From assembly GCA_001643675.2 (NCBI GenBank), contig LSRY02000018.1:124001-188000 (forward strand): DNA of 64,000 bases. Reading direction: 5' to 3'. The DNA is from Monocercomonoides exilis PA203. Taxonomy: Eukaryota; Protista; Preaxostyla. The translations under genes were made by a program, and so were the position numbers. Under the pieces are notes generated by a model, which was not told the DNA's origin, made no database searches, and saw nothing but the letters and a program-made list of their open reading frames with translations. The stretch's first letter is position 1. Every line of letters begins with the position of its first letter. Shown here in pieces: positions 11,200 to 24,400 of the stretch.

Positions 11200-11972
11200 T
11201 CTTCTTTTCTTTTCTGATTAATAATTGAAAATTTTCGTAAAACGGATTTTAAAATTTCGTTTCAATATAAAACCGTTTCGTAAAAAAGTCAACACAGACA
11301 TTGTGCATTGTAGTTTTTTGAAACAATTTAGTTTGAATTAAATTTTGAAATTTATTCTTTCAAGTGTTGATCGAGTGTTTCAACACAAAAAGTAAATATT
11401 GCCACTTTTTTCAAGTTTTTGTCAACAAGAATTATTCTCCTTGAGATATTTTATTCTCAAAAGAAAAGTAATTTTTCAATCAAGCAAAAGTTCAATTCCA
11501 ACAAGGAAGCATGACACTATTGAAAAACAAGCTTTGAAACATTTCCAAAAGACATTTTCCTGACCTTTAATGGAGTTCATTAAGCCTTTGCGACAGACCG
11601 ACATTTTCCAAAGTGTTCGACAAGTCGACCGACAACGCAAAATATTTTTATTAATATTTATTTTATTTTCATTTTTAATTCGTTTTTTCTGATCAGGGTG
11701 TCTCAATTTTTTGTTTTATTAACAGAAAACCAAACAAATCAACATTTTTCTTTTTTTGATGGAAATGACTAATTTTTAACATTTTGCTAATATGAATTTG
11801 ATTTTTCATGGTTCCGAAATTAAAAAAATATCATTTGTCCATGAAAAATTACATATAGTCCTTTTTTTAACATAAGATTTTGTATTTTTCACTTGTTTCA
11901 AAAATTCATTTTTTCGACAAAGATCAGTCGGTCGAACAGATCAGTCGGTCGAACGGAAAAATTAATTATTTG

Positions 11973-14900
11973 ATGGATATCATGAATCATTTGAAAACAT
12001 ATGAGGATTTTTTAAGAAGCTTGCCTTTGGAATTACAAAACAGTGCAAAATCAAAAGAAATCGTTTGAGTTATCAAAAGACTAAATTTGACAGAAACTTT
12101 TTTTATTTTTATTTTTTTTTTTTTTACAAAAGAGTGCTGCATTAAGCAAAAAAATAGAAGAGCTAAAAAAAGTGATTGTTCATTTGTTGAGTTGGAATGT
12201 TCAAAATCAACTATTTTTGGAAAATGTTTGATATTTTCAAGTTTTGATCAAATATTGTATCATTTCATTTGCTTTGATTATTATCAAGTTTACAGGCACC
12301 CTAATAACACTGGAGAAGACATAGGAAAAGTTCACTTTGAAATTCAAAAAAATTCAGTTTGGATAGCTTACACGCCCGTGAAAAATGATGGAACATTGAA
12401 AAAAGATGGACATATTTATTATTTGTGTCCAAACAGCAAAGAAGGAGTTAATTGTGGAGTTTCCGGAAGAAAAGGATGTGATCGAATAATTAATCATCAA
12501 TGTCCCCTTTTGACAAATTCATCAATCATCAAATTGATGAAGCAGGATCATCCTCTCAAACAAGCAACTTATTTCTCAAACAAAAAAGAAGTTCCATTTC
12601 ATTTTCAATGTGATTTATTGAAAAAACAATTTTTGAGGTTAATTGGACATTGCAACATTGCATTTTTGTCCGCTTATTCATCTGAGTTTAATAGTTTCAT
12701 TTCTTCTCTTATACAGATTTCTCAACAAAATCCATCATTTTCTCCCGAAACCATATTTCCCACATTGAATTACAGAAAACTATCTTCAATAATTCATGAG
12801 GAAGTGGCAGGTGCAATTAAAGAAAGGGATGCTGCAATTTTCAATTCTTCAGTCGGTATTATGATTGACGGTGGAGTTATCGCGGGTAAAAAGTACACAG
12901 CTGTAACTGTGGTTCCGTTGAATCCAGGTGCAAAGCCAATGTTTTATAAATTAGTAAAAGCGTGCTACACTTCCTTTGATTATTCGCAACTTGCAGTCCA
13001 AATTATGACAGAAATAAAAGATTTACACGGAGAAGTTCGGTGTTTTTGCACAGACGGCTTGCTTCCTCAGAAGCTTGCAATTCAGAGCCTTTCAGAAGAA
13101 ACCACAACAGCAAAATCTTTGTCATTTTACAAAGGAACACCACCAATTTTTATTTATTGTTGCAACCATTTATTAAACTTAGTTGTTTCTCATTTTTTTA
13201 ACAACAACGAATTCATTCGAACACAGAAAGATGCAATAATAACATTTGCGAAACAAGCGAAGGTGATTTCACGCAGGCAACCCTCAACACCAAAATGCCC
13301 TTCTTTCATTGAAACAAGATGGCTTTGCATTTTTGATATTTGTTCTTTTATTAGAAATCAATTTCATGATAATAATTTTTCAAAATTGCAGGAATTGATT
13401 TTTATCGAAAATGTGATCAAATGTGAACTTCTATTATTACCCTTAAGAGAACTTCAGTTACAGTTCGAAAAGGACGAAACGAAGTTGGGAGATATTTTCC
13501 CTCTGCTGGTGAAGGCATTTGCTCGCTTCTCATGGATGCAGGACCTTGAAGAATTCTCAGAAGAAAACTGGCAATCTGGTTTATGTGATATTATAATCCT
13601 TTTGTTTAATTTCTTTTTTGCAGGTGATAGAGGAAACCTGATCTCTTTGGCCTTTTCATTAACTCCTGGAGGGAGAAATAACTATCAATTGTGTACTTTT
13701 TCTGAGTCTTTCAACCAAGAATTGAAAAGGCTGAAAGCGAAATACGATCTTATTTTTCGCAGTGAAACATTGGATCAAACAACGAAACACTCTGAATCAA
13801 AAACAAATCAACGAAACCTGATTCAAAAAACTTCTGAAAAAAGGAATCCATTATATTCATTCGATCAATCAAAACATATACCATCCGCTTCTATTTCGTC
13901 TTCGTCCTTCGAATCCTTTTTCGTTTCCTCCCCGTCGTCTTCATCTTTTTCTGATTCTTCATCAAGTTCTCCTTCAAATTCTTCATCTGATTCAGCAATG
14001 AACATAAGACAAATTTCATCAAATCAAGTTATCGATTATGATCCGAGAACTTTTATCTTTGAAAAACGAAGTGACCGAAAGAAAGAATTATTTTCGAAAA
14101 CTTCAAAACAAATCGTTGAGTCCAGAAGTCCAATAGATAGCGATATTTTTACAAATAAATTGTCATTCGATTTTCCTTCTTCTTCGTCAACATACACATT
14201 TAACCCTTTTTCAATTGATTCGTTTTATTCAGCACTTCAGTCACTTAATCCATCACTCCATGAAAATTCAAATAAAGACCCATCCTTCATTCCTCCATCA
14301 AATCAGTCTTCTTCAGCAAAAGTTTATGAAAAAAAAGAAAACTCATTTCCAGAATATTCTCGAATTGTACAACTTCTTCAAATAATCGAAGAAAACTCTT
14401 CGACAAAATGTGAAGAATCTTCTTTAAAACATGAGGAGAAAACAGATGAAACAGATGAAGATGAATTTGGACTATTGCAAGCCGAAAGTGATTCTGAAGA
14501 AGATGAATATATTGAAAAATCTGAGACCTATTCCTCAACAATGAAAGAAAATGTTATTCACAACACTCGCTGCAACAGGCGAAAAGAAAATGAAGATTGT
14601 TCTAAAGAAAAAGGAAAAAATGAAACGGATGATTTGGATGATGATGAAGAAAAGAAAAATGAAGAAAATGAAGAAGATATTGTTTTCATTGGTTCAAATG
14701 AACAAATTGAAATTGGAACTCTAAAAAATTTGGAGCAAAAAGTTAAAGAAACAAGAAACATACAAGAGAAAATTAATATGGACTGGTTCATAAGAATGAA
14801 AAGTGGATTTCATGGTTATATATCAAAAGTGTTTCTGAACCAAACGGAAAACTTCAAGGAAAAGCTTGAAGCTTTGTATTCTTCATTTCTTCTTGATTAC

Positions 14901-15119
14901 CATCAATCATTACTGCAGAATAATTTATTTGTTTTCTTTTCAGAAATAAGCAAGTCTGGCATATTTCATTCGATATTTTCGAATGTTTGTTTCGCCTTGG
15001 TTACGTTTCCGTGTAGCGAAGCTTCTTGTGAGCGCCTCTTTTCTCGACTTCGCCGTATTGTTGGGGATAGGAGACACTCTCTTTCTTTAGAAACTCTCAA
15101 TAATATACTTTTTCTTTAG
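11973..15119 (+). CDS. hAT-family transposase, apparently intact
   Basis: Motifs MIDGG (D), CTDG (D), CCNHLLNL (CxxH), ETRW and SEASCERLFS (catalytic E / dimerisation domain), plus an N-terminal BED-like C..C..H.C. Probable phase-0 intron 12063-12134 joins ORF 11880..12068 to ORF 12087..15119. A second in-frame intron is possible at 12226-12288. Confidence 0.9.
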
Positions 15120-15591
15120 CTTTTTTTTTCATTTTTGTTCAATTAACATGCTCCTTTGTTATGAATCATATAACGCTTTTAAACAAAAAGCTAAATCTTT
15201 TTTTGAAATTTTGACAATTATTATTTTTCGCTTTTCATCTCCATAAGTTCATAAATAAACATTTTTTAATGTTAAAGTTGAATTTATTTTTCTATATGAT
15301 GCATTTGCAAACAAAAACTGTGAACATTCTCTTTTTTACAATTTCACGAACAGCATCTCCCTGCAAAAATATATGCAAACAATTTTTTAAGTCACATGAA
15401 TACTGACTTCCTCATCGATTTTCTTAAATATCTATCTTCCATCTTTTCTTGAGCAAAACTTTTGATCATTCCAGAAAAAAAGGTTATAATCCTTCGACCG
15501 ATTGAAAAACTTCTTATTTTCTTCACTTCTCTAATTAATTCTTTCAAGATGTCTCAGGTTAACAATCTCATGCGTATTCCATGAATCTATT

Positions 15592-16740
15592 TCACATGCT
15601 GTTTTTTTTTTGCCTTTGTTTGCTATTTCCCCCAAGCCAATTATATCGGATACTGTTCCAACACAGTCTCTTTTTGAAAAACAAAATAGAAAGGCTCAGC
15701 ATTTCTTTTTGTGCAGATCGGCATGATACTTGTGATGCTAAGAACGCTTTTGCAGACTCAAAATATGTTGACATGCTGACTGCAGAAGCGTTTGTTCTTT
15801 CTCCTTTGGTAATTATGTTTCCTGCAATCACTGCGTCGTACTCACCAAACGGAATCTGCAACTTCAAGCACTCTCACAGAGTCACCCCAATCAAGAGAAC
15901 AGCTGATTCCTTCGTTACTTCCATCTTCTTATTTGTCAGTAGCTCTGCCACTTTCCACCTCAAACACTCTTTTCTGTTGTCATCCTCATCCTCAAATGCT
16001 GATGAAGGAGGAGGTGATTTTGCGAATCTCTCGCTCTTCACAGAAACATCAGAGGAAGATGTGACCATGGTGGAGGGTGAAGAGATGGAGGAAGTGTCAG
16101 AATCTAACGAGCAGTCTGAGTGCATCGCTATTGTGATCACCATGTGCTCAGAGAACAGAACAATGTGCGGACTCAGATTCGCAAGTGACTGAAGAGGGTT
16201 TTCCATTTCGTCAAAGGAGTGGAGCGCCAGATTAGCAACCCAGAACAGGATCTGGGCAGCTGATTGCTCTCTTTCTTTCAAGGAGCCAATTGCCATCTCT
16301 TTCTTCTCGTTCCTTCCATGAAGCAACATGAACAGCGAATCCCTCAAGTCCACAATCAGCTTCTCATAAGGTGATGAGCAGGCCATTGCATCCACCAGAT
16401 TCGACATGGAAGAGGTTGTGGGACATCGACTCTCTGTTCGAACAAATTAGGAATCTGAATCACTCGTTGAAGTGGATGAAACGGATGGTAACGGTGTTCT
16501 CTTCCTTGTTTCTTCCCCCTCTGCATTTTCATCCACATTATCCAATATCCATTGAGGGATCTTGTCTGAGTCTCTCCCCAAGATATATTCAGTGGAACCG
16601 CTCTCAGAAAGATGATGCTCTCTGATTTTGAATACAAAAACTGCTTCTCATAAGCAAGCTTCATTTTCGTATCCTTTTTTTTTCCACGCCTCCTGTGCAA
16701 CTTTCCTTCACTGCTCCTGATCTATGTCTGCGTCACAGTC
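15592..16740 (-). pseudogene. Decayed fragment of the cytoplasmic pseudokinase tail of the surface-receptor family, lying inside the hAT element
   Basis: ORF 15874..16407 (MSNLVDAMACSSPYEKLIVDLRDSLFMLLHGRN...LSPHIVLFSEHMVI) closely matches the C-terminus of ORF 33001..38118. It continues through stops and frameshifts into 15592..15867 (IPFGEY) and 16356..16700. Confidence 0.85.
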
Positions 16741-17471
16741 TCTCAAATACCTTCTGAACCTGCTTAAATGCGTCATTCTCAAATTGTTAATATTTTTTAG
16801 TTCATTCTTTGATAATTTTTCAAATGAAAGAGTTAAAATTTTTGTGAAAAATCTTCAGTTTAAACATTTAATAATTTTCTCAACTTTCAAACACTAGAAA
16901 TCCAAATTTTTCAAAAAAAATGAACTTTTATTCAATAATCGATTTGATATTTCGTTTATTTCAATAAATCAATTGAAATCTATGCAAAAACAATAAAATG
17001 AAATAATAGAAACACAATTCAAATCAAAATTTTAAGGGATCGTAAAAGTGTGTGAAATTTCTAAAATGCTTATGCTCAATCATCCACCACCTATGAAATT
17101 CGCAAATGCGTAAAATTCTCATACATATTAAATGGATTATTCATTGAATTATGCGAAAGCAAAATAATAGTTCAAAAATAAAGATCATTTTTGAGAACAA
17201 AATGAAATTAGCGAGAAGCAAAAAACACATTACAGACATAAAATATTTGCCATAAATATTTATGAAATGTGAAGCTTACAACACTTTATATTTAATAATT
17301 CATCAGTTAAACAATTAATTATTTTGATCATACCCATAATTAGGAAAAAATATTTTATAATTATGGTATTTTTGATCCATGAAAAATTGAAACTTATTTC
17401 TAAAATTTTTTGTTTTTTATTTATTTGTTTTTGTTCAATCGAATTTTTCAATACATATAAAAATTTTCATG

Positions 17472-17517
<46 letters not shown>

Positions 17518-17939
17518 CGACACAAGTTTCGTTATTCGACCGACAATCATCATGTTATTTTTCCTTGTCGCAAAGGCCAAGAGTTCATGTTTATTAAATT
17601 TGTATTTAATGGTCCATTATCTAAATATCAAAATTGCATTTTTTGAAAAACAAATTGACTTTTTTTTTTTTTGATAAAGATTTTTGATGAAGGAACTGTT
17701 GTGCTGTAACGTATTGAGAAGGTTAAAAGAATACAATAAAAAGGGGTAAAAAAATCTTTTGTTTTTTCTTCGTCATCAAATGATTGATTTAATTTGTGTA
17801 TAACTTGAAAATAGGCATTTTGTTATTCATTTATTGGTAATAAATGTTAACAGTTTTTAAAAAACGCAAGAATACTCAAACAATTTTCCAGTGTTTTTGT
17901 TTGACATGTGTAACTTTTTTGAGGCTTTATTCATTTGGA

Positions 17940-18193
17940 GGACTACATTTGAAATCATATTTTATCTTTCAAAATTTTGGAACAAAAAGATTCTTATGAA
18001 TTTCAAAAAATGAACTCTGAAAAGTGAACAGGAGATTTCAAGGCTTCTTTATTTTTTTAATCAAATCAAACATTTGTTATTGAAACAGATGTTATGAATT
18101 TTATATTCGAATTCATTTTTCTTTTCTAAATGGTAAACAACTTTCGAAAAATCAATAACATGAAAAAAGTTTTGATTTCAAAAGTTATCACTC
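17940..18193 (+). mobile_element. Degenerate copy of the ~257-bp GGGTGAT MITE
   Basis: Shares the blocks tttgaaatcatatttt and aaaaagttttgatttcaaaagttatcactcat with the copy at 18282-18538. Confidence 0.5.
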
Positions 18194-18281
18194 ATTTTGT
18201 GAGAAATATTATGTGATAAACATAACCGCTTGTTTCGATCAAACCTCTATTTTTGCATTACAAACGAAACAAAAAAAAGAT

Positions 18282-18538
18282 GGGTGATTATTTTCGAAAT
18301 CATATTTTTTCTGTCAAAAATTTCGGTTCGAAGATTTGAAAAGAACATTCCTTAATGGACCATGAAAAGTTATGGATTTTATTTTAATGATGCAGCTTCA
18401 ATTATTTCAAGTCAAACTTTGGCTTTTGAAACGAATGATTAACCATTAATGTTTTCATGACAATTATTCAGCAAATGTTAATGAATTTTCATATTATCAA
18501 CACCCCGAAAAAAGTTATGATTTCAAAAATAATCACCT
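18282..18538 (+). mobile_element. 257-bp MITE (GGGTGATTATTTT...AAAATAATCACC), copy 1
   Basis: Has its own ~22-bp TIRs and AT on both sides. It is a near-identical inverted copy of 19517-19773. Confidence 0.8.
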
Positions 18539-19516
18539 ATATTATTTTTTATCCATTATTGACTGTTCTAAGATTTCTCTTGAATATTAACAAATGAACA
18601 CAAAAAAGGAAAAAGAAATATTAATGATTTCTTCGTCTTTATTACAGATAAGACATTTCTTAGAAAAATATTTTGTTGAATTTTGTATTTGAAGAAGAAA
18701 TCTCTTCCCAAGAACATTCAACCCTTGAGAAATCCAAGCCCCCAAAAAAGTTATAATTCCAAGTTTAATCACCCACACATTAACATGAAAATTTCACCGA
18801 ACTTTCTCTTTGTTAGTTTATTTATTCATTTTTTGGAGTAAAGCACATACCAGATTTTGCCTCAATGTGAATAGTTTTCAAAACTTGTTATTTCTTTTCT
18901 TTGAAAACATATGCAGGTCTGTCTTCTTTTCCAACCTATCTTCATTTCCTCAGTGATTGCACAGTCATTTTGATTTCTGAGATCTGAATTCCAGTGAATT
19001 GACAGTAAAAGTTATGCACTCTGTTTAATCCAAAGCGAAAACACTTATTTTATCCAGCGAACTTTTTTGTTTTCGAAAGTGGAGAAAAAATATTGCATTC
19101 TGTTATATTTCTGTCCTTCTTTAAATTATATTTCCACAGATATTTTCATTTTGAAAAGAATGAGTTGTGTATCATAATAATAAAAAATATTATTTTCATG
19201 TTCCGTCAATCAGAAAAAACTATTTGATAGAAATATTTTGTATGAACAAAACAAAAAAATGCTCCAAGAAACACTCCAATTCCTTTTTGGAGCTCAGTGA
19301 AGTGGCAAAATCAACATCTTTCACTATTCGAGAATGTGTTTGTACATAGAAAATTTGGTTCAAATAAATAATATGAATAAATACAATTTTTATTTGGAAA
19401 ATTACTTTTGAGAATTTTACTGGAAAGAATAAAAATCTCATGTTTTTATCAATATTCTTTTCCAGCTAGCCGTATTTCACTAAATTGACAAGAAATTCAT
19501 CACAACGTTAAAATCT

Positions 19517-19773
19517 GGGTGATTATTTTTGAAATCATAACTTTTTTCGGGGTGTTGATAATATGAAAATTCATTAACATTGTCTGAATAATTGTCATGA
19601 AAACATTAATGGTTAATCATTCGTTTCAAAAGCCAAAGTTTGACTTGAAATAATTGAAGCTGCATCATTAAAATAAAATCCATAACTTTTCATGGTCCAT
19701 TAAGGAATGTTCTTTTCAAATCTTCGAACCGAAATTTTTGACAGAAAAAATATGATTTCGAAAATAATCACCC
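19517..19773 (-). mobile_element. 257-bp MITE, copy 2, inverted relative to copy 1
   Basis: Its reverse complement matches 18282-18538 with about 3 visible differences. Confidence 0.8.
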
Positions 19774-19809
19774 ATGTTTTCAATAATAATCACACCTGTT
19801 TTTTTATTT

Positions 19810-21075
19810 ATATTTCAGATAGAAAATGATTAAAAGGGCAAATGCAAAGAAATTGCACCTATTTGTTGAAGTTTTTATTTCCATAGCTAATTAACCGTGA
19901 AAAACGTCACACTGAGTTAATGACAAGAAATCAGAAGAATGTGGATTTTTTCCACATTGTTATTTCCTGAAGATGAGTTCAAAAACACTGATATGAAACA
20001 CTCGACGTGTTGCATGAAACATGTCATTATAGCCCCACTTTTGATGTGAATGTTGACAAGTTTTAAACGTGCATTTAATCAACTTCCACAGGATTTGTTG
20101 TTCACACTGCTGATGCGAAAACAGGTTTGACCATTGAGCCACGGAGAATATAAAATTCTCTTTTGATGGCAGCTGTTGCAACAAATGGATTAATCATTTA
20201 TTTCATTATTTCATGGCCAAGCGTTAATCTTCCCGAAGAGCTTCGAAGCCATTAACCACCAATGCATGAAAATATATGCAAACGAAAGAAGATGGTTGGA
20301 ATAAAAGTGTTTCAAACTGCATGCACAGACATTCTTTTTCTTCTGGCAGGAAACAATAGAGAGTGATTTCAACTTGATAACAATCACATTATTCTTTTTC
20401 TCGATTTCATCGCTTCTTATGCAAATGCATCGATGTGGTTTGAATTCCAATCACAACAAGTTGATTAAATACTTTCGTGCCACACAGAACATATTTCTGT
20501 TAACCGTTGAACAGAGAAGTGCTTTCTGTGTTCAAATGTGAAGCAGTGAATTGATTAGAAGATTCATGTGCCTCTTCATCTTATTTTTTCATGAGCTGCA
20601 GTTGAAGATGTTCTGCCTTGAGCAATCCACATGACATTATCTTTGTCCGCATAACAGAAGATTATTATTTTATCAGTTATGTTTTTCATAATTTTTCAAG
20701 ACCAATTCTTTTGAAACTGATAGAATCATCCATTTATTCTCTTCCATCTTGCGGAAATAGATTCAACTTTTGTGGAAAAGTGATAACCGACGAAAATCTT
20801 AAAGAGGAATTGAAAAATCTTTCAAATATCACTATTGAAAGGAAAAATGAAATGGATGAAAAGGAGAAAGATGAAGTGAAGACTGTTTTCGATGATAAGA
20901 AAAAAAAAAAAAAATTTCTCCAAGTGAAAAACAACGATTCATGTGATGAGAAGCAGGACAATTCAAAAAATCGTACAAAAGGAGAAATGAATATCATATC
21001 ATAAATAAATTCTGTTTTGGTAATCTTTTTCTTCATTTTTTTTCACTTTATTGGGTCAGAATAAAGAAATGGGAT
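19810..21075 (+). pseudogene. Heavily decayed pogo-like transposase relic, paralogous to 22831-24423
   Basis: Colinear nucleotide similarity to the reverse complement of the 22751-24776 element, from the intron acceptor (tttcagATAGAAAATG) through ttcgtgccacacag and GKVITDENL to the subterminal gggtcagaataaagaaa. Confidence 0.8.
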
Positions 21076-21322
21076 CATAATTATATTTTTTTCTCAAATT
21101 CAAAAATATTCGAAATTTAAATAAATCAAAAAATTCATTTTTATCATTCCTTGAAGAATAAAAATAAACACATTCTTATGAAAAAGAAAGGAAACTTTAT
21201 TTCAAAAAGAAATTTTATTGTTTTTGAAAAGAAAATTTGAATTATCAATGTTTCATTAACTCTATTTTTTTTCCTATATAAAAAGAGCTCAGCATGCAAC
21301 GCTCATTCCATCACCTCTATCC

Positions 21323-21325
<3 letters not shown>

Positions 21326-21388
<63 letters not shown>
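21326..21388. repeat. (CA)n microsatellite
   Basis: About 31 perfect CA units just 3' of the minus-strand host gene. Confidence 0.95.
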
Positions 21389-21390
<2 letters not shown>

Positions 21391-21408
21391 ATTTTTATCA
21401 TATCATCT

Positions 21409-24400
21409 TCAAATTGGGATTAAATACATTTCACAATTCATTTTTCCATCATTTCCATAGTCGAATTGGATGAAACAGAAACAACTGATTAAGACATCTT
21501 CAAATCCTTCTTCTTCATATTTTTCATTAATTTCCATTTTCAGCATTCTTCGGTGCATTTCGTCGATTTTTTCATTTTTTCTTTCATTCAAAATTACCGA
21601 CAAATTTTTGAAAAAATCCAGCTCACTCAATATTTCTTCGAAGTTCACTGTCGATTGACAAATTTTATCCAACATAAAGTCAAGGATTCCACAATTTATC
21701 AACTCGCTGATATTCACATTCAAAATAAAAGTCATTCGGCTGAATAAGTGGACAAGAAACTTAACAACAACACTTGATATTCCCTTTGTTGTTTTGAATA
21801 ATTTTACAATAACATCAAAAAGACTAGAACAGTCATTCCCCCATGATGATCGACAGAAAATATATGTTTCGATTATGTTACACCATCTTATCAAAATAAA
21901 AATTGCTTTCTGAATTTCCGGTTCATTTTCCTTTTTGACACAGCTTTCACTATTTGCAAGTTCTTCAACTTCGCTTGCTGCTTCTCTTGCAAAGTGTAAT
22001 TCATTCACTATAACTGTTTCCAAGCTTTGATCAGTATCAAACCGTCTAACCAAAAACTCCCAAGCAGATTGATATCCAAGATCTGTCAGATTGCGATGCA
22101 GTTGATGATATTTGATGATTTCTTTTATTTCATTCAAATACAGTTCTTGCTTTATTTCCTAATCAAAAATTGATGAAAAATATGCAAAAATATAAAAAAT
22201 GAAATCGAATATCACATGCATCATATTTAATGTTGCTCAAAGCCAACAAAGCCATTTCCACTTCCTTTTGTGTTTCCTCGTTTTCCTCTTTGTTCGACGC
22301 AAATTTCAAAACACAAGGCACACAGATTGGAAACAATTTTGAAGAAAAGCTTCCGTAAATTAAAAGAAAACATTCGCAAAGTTCTATCAACTGTTTTTCA
22401 TTCCTTTCATCTTTCTTTTTATAATCAACAGTCACCATCATTTCGAGTCTTTTGGAAAACGAAGATGTGGAATAACATAAATCTCGAAGATTTTTCAAAG
22501 CATTATTGTATCCTATGCTCTTTAGCAACAAAATAATATTCTCCAATGATATTTTCTCTTTTTTCATCATTGCTTCTATCTCTTCCAACAATTTCCCTGT
22601 GAAAATCGAATTGATTTCTTTTTCATCCATCCTGCTCAGCAATCCATTCATCATTTTGATATTCGATTTTTGATCAATTTCTGTGTTCTTTTGCAATTCA
22701 AAAATTGTATCTTTAACAAAAATACAATCGAAAAATACGAAAAAAAAGTAGGGTTATTATTTTATCTTGACCCTTTTTCTTTATTCTGACCCAAAAAAAT
22801 GAAGTGAAAAAAATTCAAAAAACAACATAATTAAAAGAAAACAAAATCAGAATTAATTCTTCTAATAACTTTCCTTTTTCCTTCACCTCGATTTAATGCA
22901 TTATCTTTCTTTTCTTCATCAGAATCATCGTTTTTCACATGAAGAAATCTTCTTTTTATTTTTTTCTTTTCATCCACAACAGTCTTCACTTCATCTTTCT
23001 CCTTTTCATCCATTTCATTTTTCCTTTCAATATTTATTTTCAAATGATTTTCCCATTTCTCTAAAAGATTTTCGTCGGTTATCACTTTTCCATAAAAGTT
23101 GAATCTGTTTCTTCGGGATGGAAGAGGGTAAATTGAAGATTCGGGCAGTTTCAAAAGAACTGGCCCAGAAGAATTGTGCAGAACACCACTGCAGACGAAA
23201 GCTTTCTGAATTACAGAAGGTGATAATGCAGTGTGGATGGCTTGAGGCAGAACGTCGGAAATTGCTGCTCGTTTGGAGGAAGATGAAGAAGAAGAGGGAG
23301 CCTCAAATCTGTTTATCAGTTCAGATTTGAACACGGCAAACACTCCTCTGTCCAGTGGTTGACAGAGGTGTGTGCTGTGTGGCACGAAGGTTAAAACGTC
23401 AACTTGTTGTTTTTGGAATTCTCGCCAGATCGATGGATCTGCGCGAGATGCATGCGAGTCAAGAAGGAGAAGAATGTGCTCGTTTTCAAGTGACATGCGC
23501 TTTCTTCTTTCGATGATGGAAGGCAGAAGAATGGTGAGGGCATATCTTTTGAAGCACTCGTTGTCCATCCAGCCGCTTCCATTTGCCCAAATTTCCAACG
23601 TTGGGGATAACAGGCATTTCAGCTCCTCTGGCAGCTTTGCACTTGGCCACAAAATGACTGAAGGAAAAGCATATCCGTCCGCTGCAACAGCTGCCACGAA
23701 TGTGGAATTAATCATTCTTGGTGGTTCTTTCGTAAAACCTGCTTTCGAATCTGAAGTGTGAACAACAAGCTGTTTTGTGTCTGAAGGAACGCGCGTTGAA
23801 GATTCGTCGATATTTATAATTAAAACTGGATTGAAATGATATTTTTCATGCAGCTCATCGAATGTTTTAAACCATGGTTTTCAAGCACTTCTGCACGAAA
23901 CATCCAGTCGGTTGATATCCAAATTCTTCGGAGTTTCAGTCTTCAGCTCAGGATGAAGCTTCACATGGTTATCCGTGGCAGACATTGAATCTTCAAAAAA
24001 TTGTGTATCTTCTTCATCGTTGTCGTTTATAACATTTTCTATCTGAAAAACAAATGATTAAAACATATAAATAAAAATTAAACAAACCAATTCTCTTGTT
24101 TTTTTCAAAGTTAAACATGTTCCAGACTTTGCTTCAATGTGAATAATGTCAAGAACTCTTTGTTCCTTTTCGCCCACCACTGCTGCAGGTCTGCCAATTT
24201 TTCCGACCAGCCTTCCTTTTCTCAGCGCTCGAACTGCATTTTTTATTCCAGTGAGACTAAATTCCTTAGAATTGATAGCATCAGTTATACGAACAACTCC
24301 ATCAACAACGATGTGAGCCATTCGCTCCAGCCGACTGTGATACTTCCTGTACTTACGCGAAGACATTGCGCGCTGCAGTTTTTTCTGACCTTCTTTTATT

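Larger units (their letters stand above)
11581..17580 (+). mobile_element. Full-length hAT DNA transposon (6000 bp) with 15-bp TIRs and 8-bp TSD
   Basis: TIRs TAAGCCTTTGCGACA (11581-11595) and TGTCGCAAAGGCCAA (17566-17580) match at 13/15. The identical 8-bp direct repeat GAGTTCAT lies at 11573-11580 and 17581-17588. CGACCGA/TCGGTCG subterminal motifs occur at ~11626, 11928, 11945, 15495 and 17537. A hAT transposase lies inside. Confidence 0.92.

Noticed and set aside
11694-15363. CAGGG...CCCTG as the hAT termini
   Set aside because: Only a 5-bp match with no TSD; 11581-17580 has longer TIRs and a perfect 8-bp TSD.
19960-20450. Minus-strand ORFs, including a YSPWLN motif reminiscent of Tc1/IS630
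   Set aside because: The region is explained as the antisense of the + strand pogo relic.
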